NCBI GenBank assembly: GCA_003598085.1
Contig: QZKU01000145.1
Coordinates: 9,123-73,122, forward strand
DNA from: Candidatus Abyssobacteria bacterium SURF_5
Lineage (GTDB): Bacteria; Abyssobacteria; SURF-5
Reading direction: 5' to 3'
DNA length: 64,000 nucleotides
Positions within the stretch are counted from its first letter, which is position 1. Each line of letters begins with the position of its first letter. A program made the translations under genes and the position numbers. Below are positions 19,438 through 29,224 of the stretch, piece by piece. The notes beneath the pieces were generated by a model. That model did not search any database, was not told the DNA's origin, and saw nothing but the letters and a program-made list of their open reading frames with translations.

Positions 19438-20730
19438 GTGAACAGGCGTTGCGTAGTGACAGGACTGGGCGTGGTTTCATCGGTGGGGATCGGCAAGGAA
19501 GCGTTTTGGGATTCACTCGTTCATGGACGTTCGGGCGTTTCCTATATTACGCGCTTCGATACATCAAAACTGCCGGTTCATCATGGCGGCGAAGTAAAGA
19601 ACTTCAATCCCACAGACTATATGGACGAACTCCGGGCGCAAATGTCCGGCCGTTACGTTCATTTTGCCGTTGCGGGCACAAAATTGGCGCTCGAGGACGC
19701 CGGCATCGAGCCTGATATGTATGACCGGTCCAGAATGGTCATGTATGGCGGCTCGACCGCGCCGGCGGCTGATTCTATCGAGAGCCACCTTCGAATCGCA
19801 ATCACCGACGACCCGTTCAATGCGCCCCCCTATGCGCTTGCCTCTATCGCAATGCATTCCGCCATAGGAGAAGCCGCCCAGACCGCAAATGTTTTCGATT
19901 CCTCGACCACAATCTCCACACACTGCACTTCCGGCCTGAACGCCATAGGGTTCGGACTCGATGAGATTCGCAAGGGTCGAAAGGATATTGTGGTGGCCGG
20001 CGCAACCGATTGTACGCTCACCTACTACGCTTTCATCAGCTATATCCTCGCGGGTCTGCTGGTGCCGGAGGAAGGGGTTCCACCCGAGAAGATCATGCGC
20101 CCGTATGACAAGAACCGTCGCGGCGGCGTGATGGCGGAGGGAGCGGGATTCCTCGTGCTTGAGGACCTGGAACATGCGCGCGCTCGCGGGGCTCACATTT
20201 ACGGCGAAATCATTGGACACGGGTATAAAGATAAAATCAACCTGTCGAAGTCGACAATGCTGACAATGTCCAGCGCCATCAGGGCGGCGCTTGCCAACGC
20301 ACGAGTAAGACCAACCGACGTGGACTACGTTCTGGCGAACGGCAATTCAACTATCGTGCAAGATAAGATGGAGACAAGGACCCTGAAGGAGGTATTCGGC
20401 GAGCACGCTTATCGATTGCCCGTGAGCGCCATAAAGTCAACGATTGGCATACCGAATTCAGCCATCGGTCCGATGCAGGTGATCGCTGCTTGCCTCGCGT
20501 TTGAATCCAACCTGATCCCTCCCACGATCAATTATGAAACCCCCGACCCCGAATGCGACCTCGACTACGTCCCAAATCACGCGCGGTTCAATCGGGTGAA
20601 TATGGCGGTTGTCAATAATTATGGCATGGACGGCGCCTGCGCCGCCGTACTCGTTAAGAGATACGGCAACGGGGAGGCCGTCTCATTTGGCGGCAGAGAC
20701 GGCGCATGCAAAAGTGACGGCGACAGCTGA
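19438..20730 (+). CDS. Beta-ketoacyl-ACP synthase II (FabF)-like protein with Cys retained but both catalytic His replaced
   Basis: VNRRCVVTGLG matches the FabF N-terminus, and a GAAGGAG ribosome-binding site precedes the GTG at 19438. The active-site Cys sits in STHCTSG (codon 19924-19926). The AHGTST His is replaced in ANGNST (Asn at 20338-20340). The KSMTGH His is replaced in KSTIGIPN (Ile at 20449-20451). The VPPTIN..CDLDYVP motifs are intact. Confidence 0.85.
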   Translation: MNRRCVVTGLGVVSSVGIGKEAFWDSLVHGRSGVSYITRFDTSKLPVHHGGEVKNFNPTDYMDELRAQMSGRYVHFAVAGTKLALEDAGIEPDMYDRSRMVMYGGSTAPAADSIESHLRIAITDDPFNAPPYALASIAMHSAIGEAAQTANVFDSSTTISTHCTSGLNAIGFGLDEIRKGRKDIVVAGATDCTLTYYAFISYILAGLLVPEEGVPPEKIMRPYDKNRRGGVMAEGAGFLVLEDLEHARARGAHIYGEIIGHGYKDKINLSKSTMLTMSSAIRAALANARVRPTDVDYVLANGNSTIVQDKMETRTLKEVFGEHAYRLPVSAIKSTIGIPNSAIGPMQVIAACLAFESNLIPPTINYETPDPECDLDYVPNHARFNRVNMAVVNNYGMDGACAAVLVKRYGNGEAVSFGGRDGACKSDGDS

Positions 20731-23277
20731 ATGGATCCGAAACCGATAAGCATTCTCGTTACTGCACTTTTCATTTTCATTCTCGGCACCTATGTCTTCG
20801 CCAAGAATTCCAAAAAGATCATTAATATCTCCTTCCTTGGCCTCGCCTATAGCTGCGGCCTGTGGGCGCTCGCGCTGTTCACCATCAGTATCGAAACCCG
20901 CTATGAGGTGTTGAAGTTTGCGGGCCATATGGCATTCGCCACCGGCGCGCTCCTCACCTGCAATTTCCTTCTGTTCGCGTATGTGTTCCCGGATAAAAGA
21001 GATGAATTCCCGCCGCTGCGAACACTGCTCATCATCTGTGCGCCGGGCGCTCTCATGGCGCTGCTCAGTTTTACGCCTTTTATCATGAAAGATATTGCGT
21101 ACGAAGGCGAGAAGGTCAGGCCGGTATACGGGGCCGGCATCTACATATTGATGTTGTACCACGTCGCCTGCGCCTTCATCGGTTTTTTCCTGCTGGCGCG
21201 GAAATTCCTCAAAACGAAAGTCCGCTTTGAGAGGGTGCAACTGAAATACACCTTCTGGGGAACCCTGCTTTCGGCCATCGGAATCGTCACGTTTGCGCTG
21301 CTTCTGCCCATTGCCGGCGTCTCTCAGTATTCGGGTCCCTTGAGCGCAGTCTTTATCGTGATTGCCAGCGCAAGCCTATCATACGCCATCGTGCGGCACC
21401 GCCTGATGGATCTGGGCGTGGTTTTCAGAAATGTCCTCATCTATATCGGAACGGTCGCGGCGCTTGGCGCCGTTATGGGACTGGTGACTCTCTTCACCCC
21501 TGTCCTGCGCCTGCAGCTCGAAGCAGTTGCCTTCCTCTCGGTTCTGGCGGCTTCGCTCCTGGTGTATCCTGTGCGCAACGGCATCGAGACGCTCGTGGAC
21601 AGGTTCTTCTTTCACGGCCGCTACAATTATCAGGCCGCCCTGACCGAGTTCAGCCATTCGATGACGAAAATCCTGGACCTCGAAGACCTGCAGAACCGGA
21701 TCGTCCATGAGGTGGCCTCCATCCTGCAGGTAAAAAGCGCCACCATCTTGCTTCACGAGACGGGCGAGAAGAAATACACGGTGAGAGCCGCGATACCCAT
21801 AGAACTTGCTGATGCTCACCATGAGATCGGCGCAGACAGCCTCATTATCCGGCAGATGATGCAGGATCACACGCTGCTCGTGAAAGAGGAAATGAAACGC
21901 TCGCTTCCGGTCTCCCGATTTCAGCCGATCGAGAGCGAGTTCGACCAGATACACGCAGAGGTGATCATCCCGCTGTTCTATCGCGAAGATCTGCTCGGAC
22001 TGCTCACATTGGGCGAGAAAATCTCGTCCGATATCTACTCGGTCGAGGACATCAATCTGCTCGTCACGCTCGGCAATCAGGCCGCCGTCGCGCTGGAGAA
22101 CGCACTGCTGCACCACACCGTCATCATGCTCAAGAATCACAACGACAACATCCTCAAGTACATGAGCAGCGGAGTCGTCGCCATCGACAAGAACCGGATG
22201 ATCAACACCTGCAACGACAAAGCCAGGGAAATTCTGCGACTCCCCCAGGACGGCGTCATCCATGGCAAGATCGATCTGCTTCCGTCTCCCCTGCGCGAGA
22301 TGCTTTCCGACACCCTCGCCGGCAAGAACCGGTACTCGAATCAGGAGGTGCAGATATTATCACCCAAAGGCTCGATCTGTTATCTGAGCGCAAGCACATC
22401 GCTGATCAAGGAAGAGAAGGGCGTCGTGACCGGCGCACTGCTGGTGGTAAACGACCTGACCGAGATCAGGATTCTTGAGGGCGAGATGTGGCGGGCAGAC
22501 AAGCTGGCCTCTCTGGGCACACTTGCCGCCGGCATGGCGCACGAAATCAAGAACCCGCTCGTCTCCATCAAGACCTTCGCCCAGTTGCTGCCCACCCGCT
22601 TCGAAGATACGGAATTCCGCGAAAAATTCTCATCCATAACGGTTGACGAGGTCGAGCGAATAAATTCTCTGGTGGAAAAACTCCTCGAATTCGCGCGACC
22701 GACGGCGCCGCTTTTTGAGACGGCTGACATCATCGACCTCATCGAAGAGGTCCTGCTCCTGCTCAGCAACGAGACGTCGAAGGTGGGCGTGACGGTCGTC
22801 CGTAATTTTGACGTCGATTCCGCTCCCATCGTCTGCGATAAGAGCCAGTTTAAGCAGGCCCTGCTCAATTTGTGCCTGAACGCGCTGCAGGCGATCGAGG
22901 CGTCCCGCAACAATTCCCATAAGGAATTGCGCGTCAGCGTCTCGCTCAGGAAAAGCAGATACTCCGGCGGGACTTCCCGCGACCAGGTCTCGGAGATGTT
23001 CTACGGCCTGGACATACCGGCCACCATCGATGACGCCCAGACCGTTGTCATCAAGGTGCGTGATTCAGGACAGGGCATCAGTCGCAAGAACCTCGGCAGG
23101 ATTTTCGATCCGTTCTTTACGACGAAAGAAAAAGGGCTGGGGCTGGGACTGGCCGTCGTTCACGGAATCATCAAGGAACACTCGGGCAGCATCACCGTAG
23201 ACAGCAAAGAGAATGTGGGGACCGAGTTCACCATCTCGCTGCCGGTGACACAGATATTCGCGAAGGAGAGGGCATGA
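20731..23277 (+). CDS. Sensor histidine kinase: N-terminal 7-8 TM sensor domain, GAF, PAS, HisKA, HATPase_c
   Basis: 848 aa. The first 270 aa or so are polytopic. The H-box reads MAHEIKNPL, and G1 (DSGQGI) and G2 (GLGLGLAVV) boxes are present. Its ATG at 20731 abuts the KAS stop (TGAATG). Confidence 0.9.
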   Translation: MDPKPISILVTALFIFILGTYVFAKNSKKIINISFLGLAYSCGLWALALFTISIETRYEVLKFAGHMAFATGALLTCNFLLFAYVFPDKRDEFPPLRTLLIICAPGALMALLSFTPFIMKDIAYEGEKVRPVYGAGIYILMLYHVACAFIGFFLLARKFLKTKVRFERVQLKYTFWGTLLSAIGIVTFALLLPIAGVSQYSGPLSAVFIVIASASLSYAIVRHRLMDLGVVFRNVLIYIGTVAALGAVMGLVTLFTPVLRLQLEAVAFLSVLAASLLVYPVRNGIETLVDRFFFHGRYNYQAALTEFSHSMTKILDLEDLQNRIVHEVASILQVKSATILLHETGEKKYTVRAAIPIELADAHHEIGADSLIIRQMMQDHTLLVKEEMKRSLPVSRFQPIESEFDQIHAEVIIPLFYREDLLGLLTLGEKISSDIYSVEDINLLVTLGNQAAVALENALLHHTVIMLKNHNDNILKYMSSGVVAIDKNRMINTCNDKAREILRLPQDGVIHGKIDLLPSPLREMLSDTLAGKNRYSNQEVQILSPKGSICYLSASTSLIKEEKGVVTGALLVVNDLTEIRILEGEMWRADKLASLGTLAAGMAHEIKNPLVSIKTFAQLLPTRFEDTEFREKFSSITVDEVERINSLVEKLLEFARPTAPLFETADIIDLIEEVLLLLSNETSKVGVTVVRNFDVDSAPIVCDKSQFKQALLNLCLNALQAIEASRNNSHKELRVSVSLRKSRYSGGTSRDQVSEMFYGLDIPATIDDAQTVVIKVRDSGQGISRKNLGRIFDPFFTTKEKGLGLGLAVVHGIIKEHSGSITVDSKENVGTEFTISLPVTQIFAKERA

Positions 23278-23278
23278 T

Positions 23279-25288
23279 ATGGATGTAGTCGTCATTGCAT
23301 CAAATGAAAACAGCATTCAGGAATCTCTCCGGATGCTGCTCGGCGAACGATACATGGTTCTGGTGGCGCGCTCGCTCCCGCAGCTCATCAATATCGTAAA
23401 CGATCACCCGGTTGATGTGGTCATTCTCGATGAGTTCCTTGGGGCGGAGAACTGCGCCTGGGCGTTCGACCAACTGCGCTCGGTTTCGCCCGAGATTACC
23501 TGCATCGTGCTGGCGCTCCAGACCATATCCGAGGCGGCCAGCGAGCTGCGCGCCAAAGGCGCATACGATATCGTGAGCAAACCCTTTGACCGCGAGGTCC
23601 TCCTGACCGTTATCTCGCGGGCGGTCGAAAGATCGCGCCTGATGGCGCGGCTGGCGGCGGCAAAACAACCCGTCCGCACCACCGAACCGCTCCCCTTCGA
23701 CGCCGTCGAACCGTCGAGCGAGCGAAAGGAGATGCTCGATTCGCTGCGACGATTCCTGCGGGCCGTCACCGACGTGCTTGCGCCCGAGCGCCTGCATGCC
23801 CTCGTGCTCGATGCGGTCGTCGAGATGTTCTCGCTCAATAAGGCCGTCCTGCTCCTCTGGAACGAGGAAAAACAGCGGATGGTGATGAAGGCGGCGGTGG
23901 GCCTCCAGGTGACCGGCCTCGAAGGGTACGAGGCGCCGTGGAAAAGCCTGATGCAGTGGCTCCACCGGCACGACCAGATTCTCAATCTTGACGACCCGGC
24001 GCGGGAGGCCGAGCCGGGCGAGATGCTCGAAGTGCGGAAAGAAATGGCCCTGCTCCAAGGCCGCCTGTGCGTGCCGCTGACGGCAAAAGGAAAAATGAGC
24101 GGCGTGCTCGTGCTGGGCAGGAAGATAACCGGAAAACGCCTCTCGGACGTCGAGATCGAGTTCCTGTACCTGCTTTCCCAGCAGATCGCCGCAATCATCG
24201 AAAATGCCCGGCATCATCGCGCTGTCCTCGTACAGAAGGAACGATACAAAGACATCCTGCAGGGCGTTACTTCCGGCCTCATCGCGACCGATGCCGCCGG
24301 CAGGCTCCTTCTTCTGAATAAGGCGGCCGAGCAAATCCTGAAAGTAAAGGCGGCGGATGTCACCGGACATGACGTCCAGCGGATCGGCTCGATGTTCGCC
24401 GATATCGTCAATCGCACGTTGCGCGAAGGAAAATCGTTTTGCAGGCATGAGGTGACCGACCCGGCCACCAAAGCGCTCCTCGGCATCAGCACCTCGGTCT
24501 TGACCGACGACGCCGGGAAACCCGTCGGTGCGGTCGCGCTCTTCACCGATCTGTCCACCGTCAAGTCCCACGCCGGAATGGATGTCGATGAAGCATGGCA
24601 ACGCTGCGCGCTGTGCATGGCGCAGGAGATCAAGAACCCGCTGGTCGCCATCCGGACCTTCACCCAATTGTTTCCACAGAATTATGCGGACGAAAAATTC
24701 CGAACAGAATTTGCTCAAATTGCGCTCAAGGAGATAGATAAGCTCGATGCCGTCGTCGAGAAACTCCTTAAATTCTCTCAGCCGCTGCAACTTCGTCCGG
24801 AACAGGGCAACATCAATAACCTTATCGAAGAGGCCCTCAACCAGGCCCTGCAGGATGCGGACAAGCCAAACGTGGTGATTAACAAAAATTTCGAGACGGC
24901 CAACGGCATTGGAATGTTCGACAGGAATCTGCTCGGCGAGGCTTTTGTCCAGGTATTCCGGAATGCGCTGGATTCGATGCCTTCGGGCGGAACCCTGAAC
25001 ATCTCGGCTGCAACTCGAACCGGCGAGACCTCCGCCGCCGGCGCCCAGGGAAATGGGTCCTCGGTGCCGACCGTCACGGAAATTTGTATTTCCGACTCCG
25101 GCTCCGGAATCGCACCGGAGGATATGGGCAACCTGTTCAAGCCGTTCTATTCCAAGAAGGTCAAAGGGATGGGCCTCGGCCTGGCGATATCCCGGAAGAT
25201 CATTCAGGGTCATAAAGGCGACATAAGCGTCTTGAGCGAACCGAACCGAGGGACGACCGTGAAGGTAGTTTTACCACATGGAGCATAA
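23279..25288 (+). CDS. Histidine-kinase-like protein lacking the phospho-acceptor His (H-box MAQEIKNPL): degenerate N-terminal receiver, GAF, PAS, DHp-like, intact HATPase_c
   Basis: 669 aa. The receiver acidic pocket DD is replaced by SN (VVVIASNEN), but the Asp of ILDEF and the Lys of SKPF are retained. The DHp His is replaced by Gln. N-box, G1 and G2 are present. The start lies 2 nt after the upstream kinase stop. Confidence 0.85.
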   Translation: MDVVVIASNENSIQESLRMLLGERYMVLVARSLPQLINIVNDHPVDVVILDEFLGAENCAWAFDQLRSVSPEITCIVLALQTISEAASELRAKGAYDIVSKPFDREVLLTVISRAVERSRLMARLAAAKQPVRTTEPLPFDAVEPSSERKEMLDSLRRFLRAVTDVLAPERLHALVLDAVVEMFSLNKAVLLLWNEEKQRMVMKAAVGLQVTGLEGYEAPWKSLMQWLHRHDQILNLDDPAREAEPGEMLEVRKEMALLQGRLCVPLTAKGKMSGVLVLGRKITGKRLSDVEIEFLYLLSQQIAAIIENARHHRAVLVQKERYKDILQGVTSGLIATDAAGRLLLLNKAAEQILKVKAADVTGHDVQRIGSMFADIVNRTLREGKSFCRHEVTDPATKALLGISTSVLTDDAGKPVGAVALFTDLSTVKSHAGMDVDEAWQRCALCMAQEIKNPLVAIRTFTQLFPQNYADEKFRTEFAQIALKEIDKLDAVVEKLLKFSQPLQLRPEQGNINNLIEEALNQALQDADKPNVVINKNFETANGIGMFDRNLLGEAFVQVFRNALDSMPSGGTLNISAATRTGETSAAGAQGNGSSVPTVTEICISDSGSGIAPEDMGNLFKPFYSKKVKGMGLGLAISRKIIQGHKGDISVLSEPNRGTTVKVVLPHGA

Positions 25289-25289
25289 G

Positions 25290-26885
25290 ATGCATAAAAT
25301 TCTTGTGGTCGATGACGAATTAAGCGTGCGCGAAGCGTTGCGCATCATCTTGAAGGACAACTTCGAGGTTATCCTGAAGGATTCCGCCGAAGCGGGACTC
25401 GAATACTTGAATTTCAATGAAGTGGATCTCGTGTTTCTCGATATCCTGATGCCGGGGATGTCGGGGCTCGAGGCGCTCAAGATCATCAAAACGCGGCCGC
25501 AGCCGCCGGAGGTAGTCATCGTTACGGCGACGCGTACCGTAAAGAACGCCGTCGAGGCGATGAAGCACGGCGCATTCGAATACGTAACCAAGCCCTTCGA
25601 CGTCGATGAGATCAAGTTGATCGCCGAGCGCGGAATCGAAAATCATCACCTCGTCCTTGAGTGCTCATCGCTCAGGCAGCAGATGGAAAACGAGAAGGAG
25701 CGGTTTTACAAGGAGCTCGAGGGCAAGGTGCGCGAGCGGACGGCGGAGCTCGAGGAAGCCAACCGGAAACTGCGGGAGACACATGAGCAGCTGGTGCGGT
25801 CGGAAAAACTGGCGTCTCTCGGCGAGTTGGTCGCAGGGGTCGCCCACGAACTCAACAATAAGCTGCTGCCCGTCCTCGCGTACGCGCAACTGCTGAAAGA
25901 GCAGAAATTCCCCGACGGCATCCTGCGCTACGTCGATACCATTGAGCGTTCGGCCTCGGCCGCGGCCTCGGTCGTCAGTTCGCTGCTGAATTTCTCGCGT
26001 CCCTCAAGCGCCACCAGAAACCCGGTGGACCTGAACGCGACCATGCGGGAAACCCTTTCTTTGCTCGATTACAAGATCAAGGCCGGCCGCGTGCGCGTCA
26101 AAGTCGAGCTCGAGGAAAGGATTCCGCTTACCATGGCGGATGAAAAGCAGATCGCCCAGGTGTTCCTCAACATCATCAATAATGCGTTTCAGGCGATGGA
26201 GCCGAACGGAGGCGAACTGAACATTCGCTCCACGCGAAAAGGCGACAACATCTTCTTCACGTTCACCGATACCGGCTGCGGGATTTCCGAGGAACACATG
26301 CTGAAAATCTTCGACCCCTTCTTCTCAACGAAAGGCAGCGGAGGCACCGGCCTCGGCCTCAGCGTCTCGCACGGATTGATTAGCGCCCACAAGGGCGAGA
26401 TCACCGTAAAAAGCAAAGTGGGCAAGGGGACCACGTTCACCATTCGACTTCCCATCACGAGAGTCATGGAAGAAAGCGCTGTCAAGGAGGAACCGATCCG
26501 CTATACTCCTCAGAGGACAAAGCCCCGCGTTCTCGTCGCGGAGGATGATCCCGATTGCATGCTGGCGATCACCGATATTCTGAAGGCCGAACATGAGGTT
26601 ATTTCGGTGTGCAATGGCCAGGAGGCGGTGAAAAACCTGAAGAAGGAGAATTTCGACCTCCTGATTGTGGATTGCAGAATGCCGGGCTTGAACGGGGTGG
26701 AATTGTATCGGTGGCTCATCGAGAACAAGAGCGAGCTCCAGCGGCGCGTCATCTTCATGACCGGCGATATTTTCGTGCCCGAAATCAAGTCCTTCCTAGA
26801 GAAATCCGGCTGTCCGTACATCACGAAACCGTTCGTTATGGATGACTTCAAGCGAACGATTACCGCCGCTCTCACGGCGCCATAG
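25290..26885 (+). CDS. Hybrid histidine kinase REC-HisKA-HATPase_c-REC
   Basis: The N-terminal receiver carries DxxMPGMSG. The H-box reads VAHELNNKL. The C-terminal receiver carries LLIVDCRMPGLNG. The start was taken at the ATG at 25290, which has a GGAG ribosome-binding site and lies 2 nt after the upstream stop; the track start at 25278 overlaps. Confidence 0.9.
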   Translation: MHKILVVDDELSVREALRIILKDNFEVILKDSAEAGLEYLNFNEVDLVFLDILMPGMSGLEALKIIKTRPQPPEVVIVTATRTVKNAVEAMKHGAFEYVTKPFDVDEIKLIAERGIENHHLVLECSSLRQQMENEKERFYKELEGKVRERTAELEEANRKLRETHEQLVRSEKLASLGELVAGVAHELNNKLLPVLAYAQLLKEQKFPDGILRYVDTIERSASAAASVVSSLLNFSRPSSATRNPVDLNATMRETLSLLDYKIKAGRVRVKVELEERIPLTMADEKQIAQVFLNIINNAFQAMEPNGGELNIRSTRKGDNIFFTFTDTGCGISEEHMLKIFDPFFSTKGSGGTGLGLSVSHGLISAHKGEITVKSKVGKGTTFTIRLPITRVMEESAVKEEPIRYTPQRTKPRVLVAEDDPDCMLAITDILKAEHEVISVCNGQEAVKNLKKENFDLLIVDCRMPGLNGVELYRWLIENKSELQRRVIFMTGDIFVPEIKSFLEKSGCPYITKPFVMDDFKRTITAALTAP

Positions 26886-26890
26886 GCGGA

Positions 26891-29224
26891 ATGCGACCTG
26901 CACATATGATTGCAAACCTCGTCAGCAAGCGCCCGTGGTATATCCTCATGTTTTCCGTTCTTGTCACTCTTGTGCTCGCAGTCGGAATACCCCGCCTCAA
27001 AATGCGCCCTTTCTTCGAGGGAGATCTCCCGGCCACCGATCCCGTCCTCGTCGCCAACGAGCACTATAGCTCCATATTCGGCAAGGACGAGGTGGCTTAT
27101 CTGGCGCTGGTGAGGGATGATTCCATTTATCACGCCGACACGCTCGAAAAAATCGCCGCAATTACAGAAGAATTGAATTCGCTCGATCATGTGCTGGCCG
27201 AGCAAACGCTCAGCCTGGCCACCGCACGGAAAGTGACCTGGCGCGATTGGGGGCTCGACGTGCGAAAACACCTGTCGCCGCCGCCCGAATCGTCCGATGA
27301 CATCGAGCGCCTGCGCCAGGACGTGCGACACGATCCCGATATCTACGACCGGCTCGTTTCGAAGGACGAAAAGGCGACGCTCCTTATCATCAGGCTCCAG
27401 CCGGGCTATAACCAGCGGCAGTTGTATCGGTCGCTTCATGCAATCGCAGATGAGTATGCCGGACCCGAGCGGATTTATCCTTTCGGACACCAGGTTATGA
27501 ATGAAGAGGCGAATCTGGGAATCCTCCACGATGCCCGCGTCCTCGGTCCTGCGGCGCTGCTGCTCATGGCGGTCGGCATCTCGATTTTCTTCCGGTCGCC
27601 CCGCCTGGCGATCGGACCGGTGCTGATGGTGACCATGAGCATCGTGTGGACGATCGGCTTCATGCATTACATCCGCTTCCCCATGTCGGTGCTCAGCTCT
27701 TCGATACCTGCAATGCTGATAGCGATCGGCAGTTCTTACATGATCCACGTGATTTACAGCTACATCGAGCAGTCATCGAAGGGAAACGCGGCGGAAGCGA
27801 TGGCGCAGGGGATTCGAAAGGTGGGTCCGCCGATCCTGCTTGCAGCCGTAACCTCAATGGTCGGCTTCCTCACCTTGATCGTTTTCAAGATTCTCACCAT
27901 ACGCGAGTTTGGGGTCACGGTGGCGATCGGCGTGGGGTTTTGCGCGCTCCTCGCCCTCATGGTGCTGCCGTCGATTATTATCTTGCAGAAGAAGTCCGTT
28001 CCACCTCGATCCATTAAGAACATGGATGTTCTCGATAGATTTCTGGCGTGGATCGGGCACGTCGGGGTGAACCATCGATACCGGGTGGCGATCGCGGGGT
28101 TGGCGCTTTTGATAGTATCCGGCCTGGGCGTATCTCGCATCAAGATCGGATACGCTCCCGAGGAGATTTTCCCGGAGAATCACCCGGCGCGCACCGTCGT
28201 CTCCCTCTTCATCAACGAGTTCAACGGGCCGTACTCGATCAACGTGATGTTTTCGACTACCGAAGTCGACGGGCTGAAGTCGCCCGACGTTCTGCGGCGG
28301 ATTGACGATTTTCAGGCGTTCGCCGAGAGCCTGTCGAAGGTCAAACATTCGACCTCGATCGTCAATATCGTGAAAAAGATGAACCGCATCCTCAACGAGG
28401 ATGATCCTGCTCACGACAAGGTTCCTGAAAGCAGAGAAATGGTGGCGCAGTTGTTGCTGCTCCACTCGATGACACAGGACCCCGTGCAATTCGAGAACCT
28501 GGTGGACTACGATATTCAGCGCTGCAAAGTCGCAATTGCCACGACCGCCATCGACAGCATGCAGCTCGAAGCCATCTTTGATCGGCTTGCCGAATATTGC
28601 AGCACGCACTTCGGCGAAGATGTAACGGTCTCTTTCGGCGGACGCAGCCTGATCTGGATGGCGATGAACGATTACATCATCCGCGGCAAGATCATGAATA
28701 TCATCATGAATACCGTGCTCATCTGGATCATCTGCGCAGTCGCCTTCCGTTCGGTCCGATTTGGACTTGTCGGAATCATGCCGCTCACGCTGGCGACTCT
28801 CGCAACTTTTGGGCTGATGGGGCATCTTGGAATCAGGCTCGATACGGCCACCGCGGTTTTAACCGGCATCTCGGTTGGTGTCGGAGTTGATTTCGCCATC
28901 CATTTCATTTCTCGCCTGCGAAGCGAGGCGCGCACAGCTCAAACACTGAATGACGCGGTCGGGGTTACCGTTATCAAAAGCGGACGCGCCATCGTCTTTG
29001 ACGCTGCTTCTAATATCCTCGGGTTCATGACGTTCATCTTTTCCGGCTTTGGGCCGGTGCGCAACCTGGGCATCCTGATGTGCTTCACCATGGTGGCGTG
29101 CCTCCTGCTCACCCTCCTCCTTATTCCAACCCTCCTTGCGCTCTTCCCGATACCGTTCCGCCGTTTACGGGAAGAAACGCTCTTTCTCCGGCCCGTCTCC
29201 GTCGAAGCAACACGGCCTGATTGA
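26891..29224 (+). CDS. MMPL/RND-superfamily exporter (sterol-sensing-domain type, 12 TM with two periplasmic loops)
   Basis: 777 aa. The topology has two hydrophobic 6-TM blocks separated by large soluble loops. It is the last gene of the KAS-kinase operon. Confidence 0.85.
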   Translation: MRPAHMIANLVSKRPWYILMFSVLVTLVLAVGIPRLKMRPFFEGDLPATDPVLVANEHYSSIFGKDEVAYLALVRDDSIYHADTLEKIAAITEELNSLDHVLAEQTLSLATARKVTWRDWGLDVRKHLSPPPESSDDIERLRQDVRHDPDIYDRLVSKDEKATLLIIRLQPGYNQRQLYRSLHAIADEYAGPERIYPFGHQVMNEEANLGILHDARVLGPAALLLMAVGISIFFRSPRLAIGPVLMVTMSIVWTIGFMHYIRFPMSVLSSSIPAMLIAIGSSYMIHVIYSYIEQSSKGNAAEAMAQGIRKVGPPILLAAVTSMVGFLTLIVFKILTIREFGVTVAIGVGFCALLALMVLPSIIILQKKSVPPRSIKNMDVLDRFLAWIGHVGVNHRYRVAIAGLALLIVSGLGVSRIKIGYAPEEIFPENHPARTVVSLFINEFNGPYSINVMFSTTEVDGLKSPDVLRRIDDFQAFAESLSKVKHSTSIVNIVKKMNRILNEDDPAHDKVPESREMVAQLLLLHSMTQDPVQFENLVDYDIQRCKVAIATTAIDSMQLEAIFDRLAEYCSTHFGEDVTVSFGGRSLIWMAMNDYIIRGKIMNIIMNTVLIWIICAVAFRSVRFGLVGIMPLTLATLATFGLMGHLGIRLDTATAVLTGISVGVGVDFAIHFISRLRSEARTAQTLNDAVGVTVIKSGRAIVFDAASNILGFMTFIFSGFGPVRNLGILMCFTMVACLLLTLLLIPTLLALFPIPFRRLREETLFLRPVSVEATRPD

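Noticed and set aside
20731-23277. Calling the 7TM-GAF-PAS histidine kinase a PEP-CTERM system kinase (PrsK)
   Set aside because: The architecture resembles PrsK. No exosortase, PEP-CTERM protein or PrsR-type regulator is nearby, and the linked genes are a KAS and an MMPL exporter. The generic call is kept.
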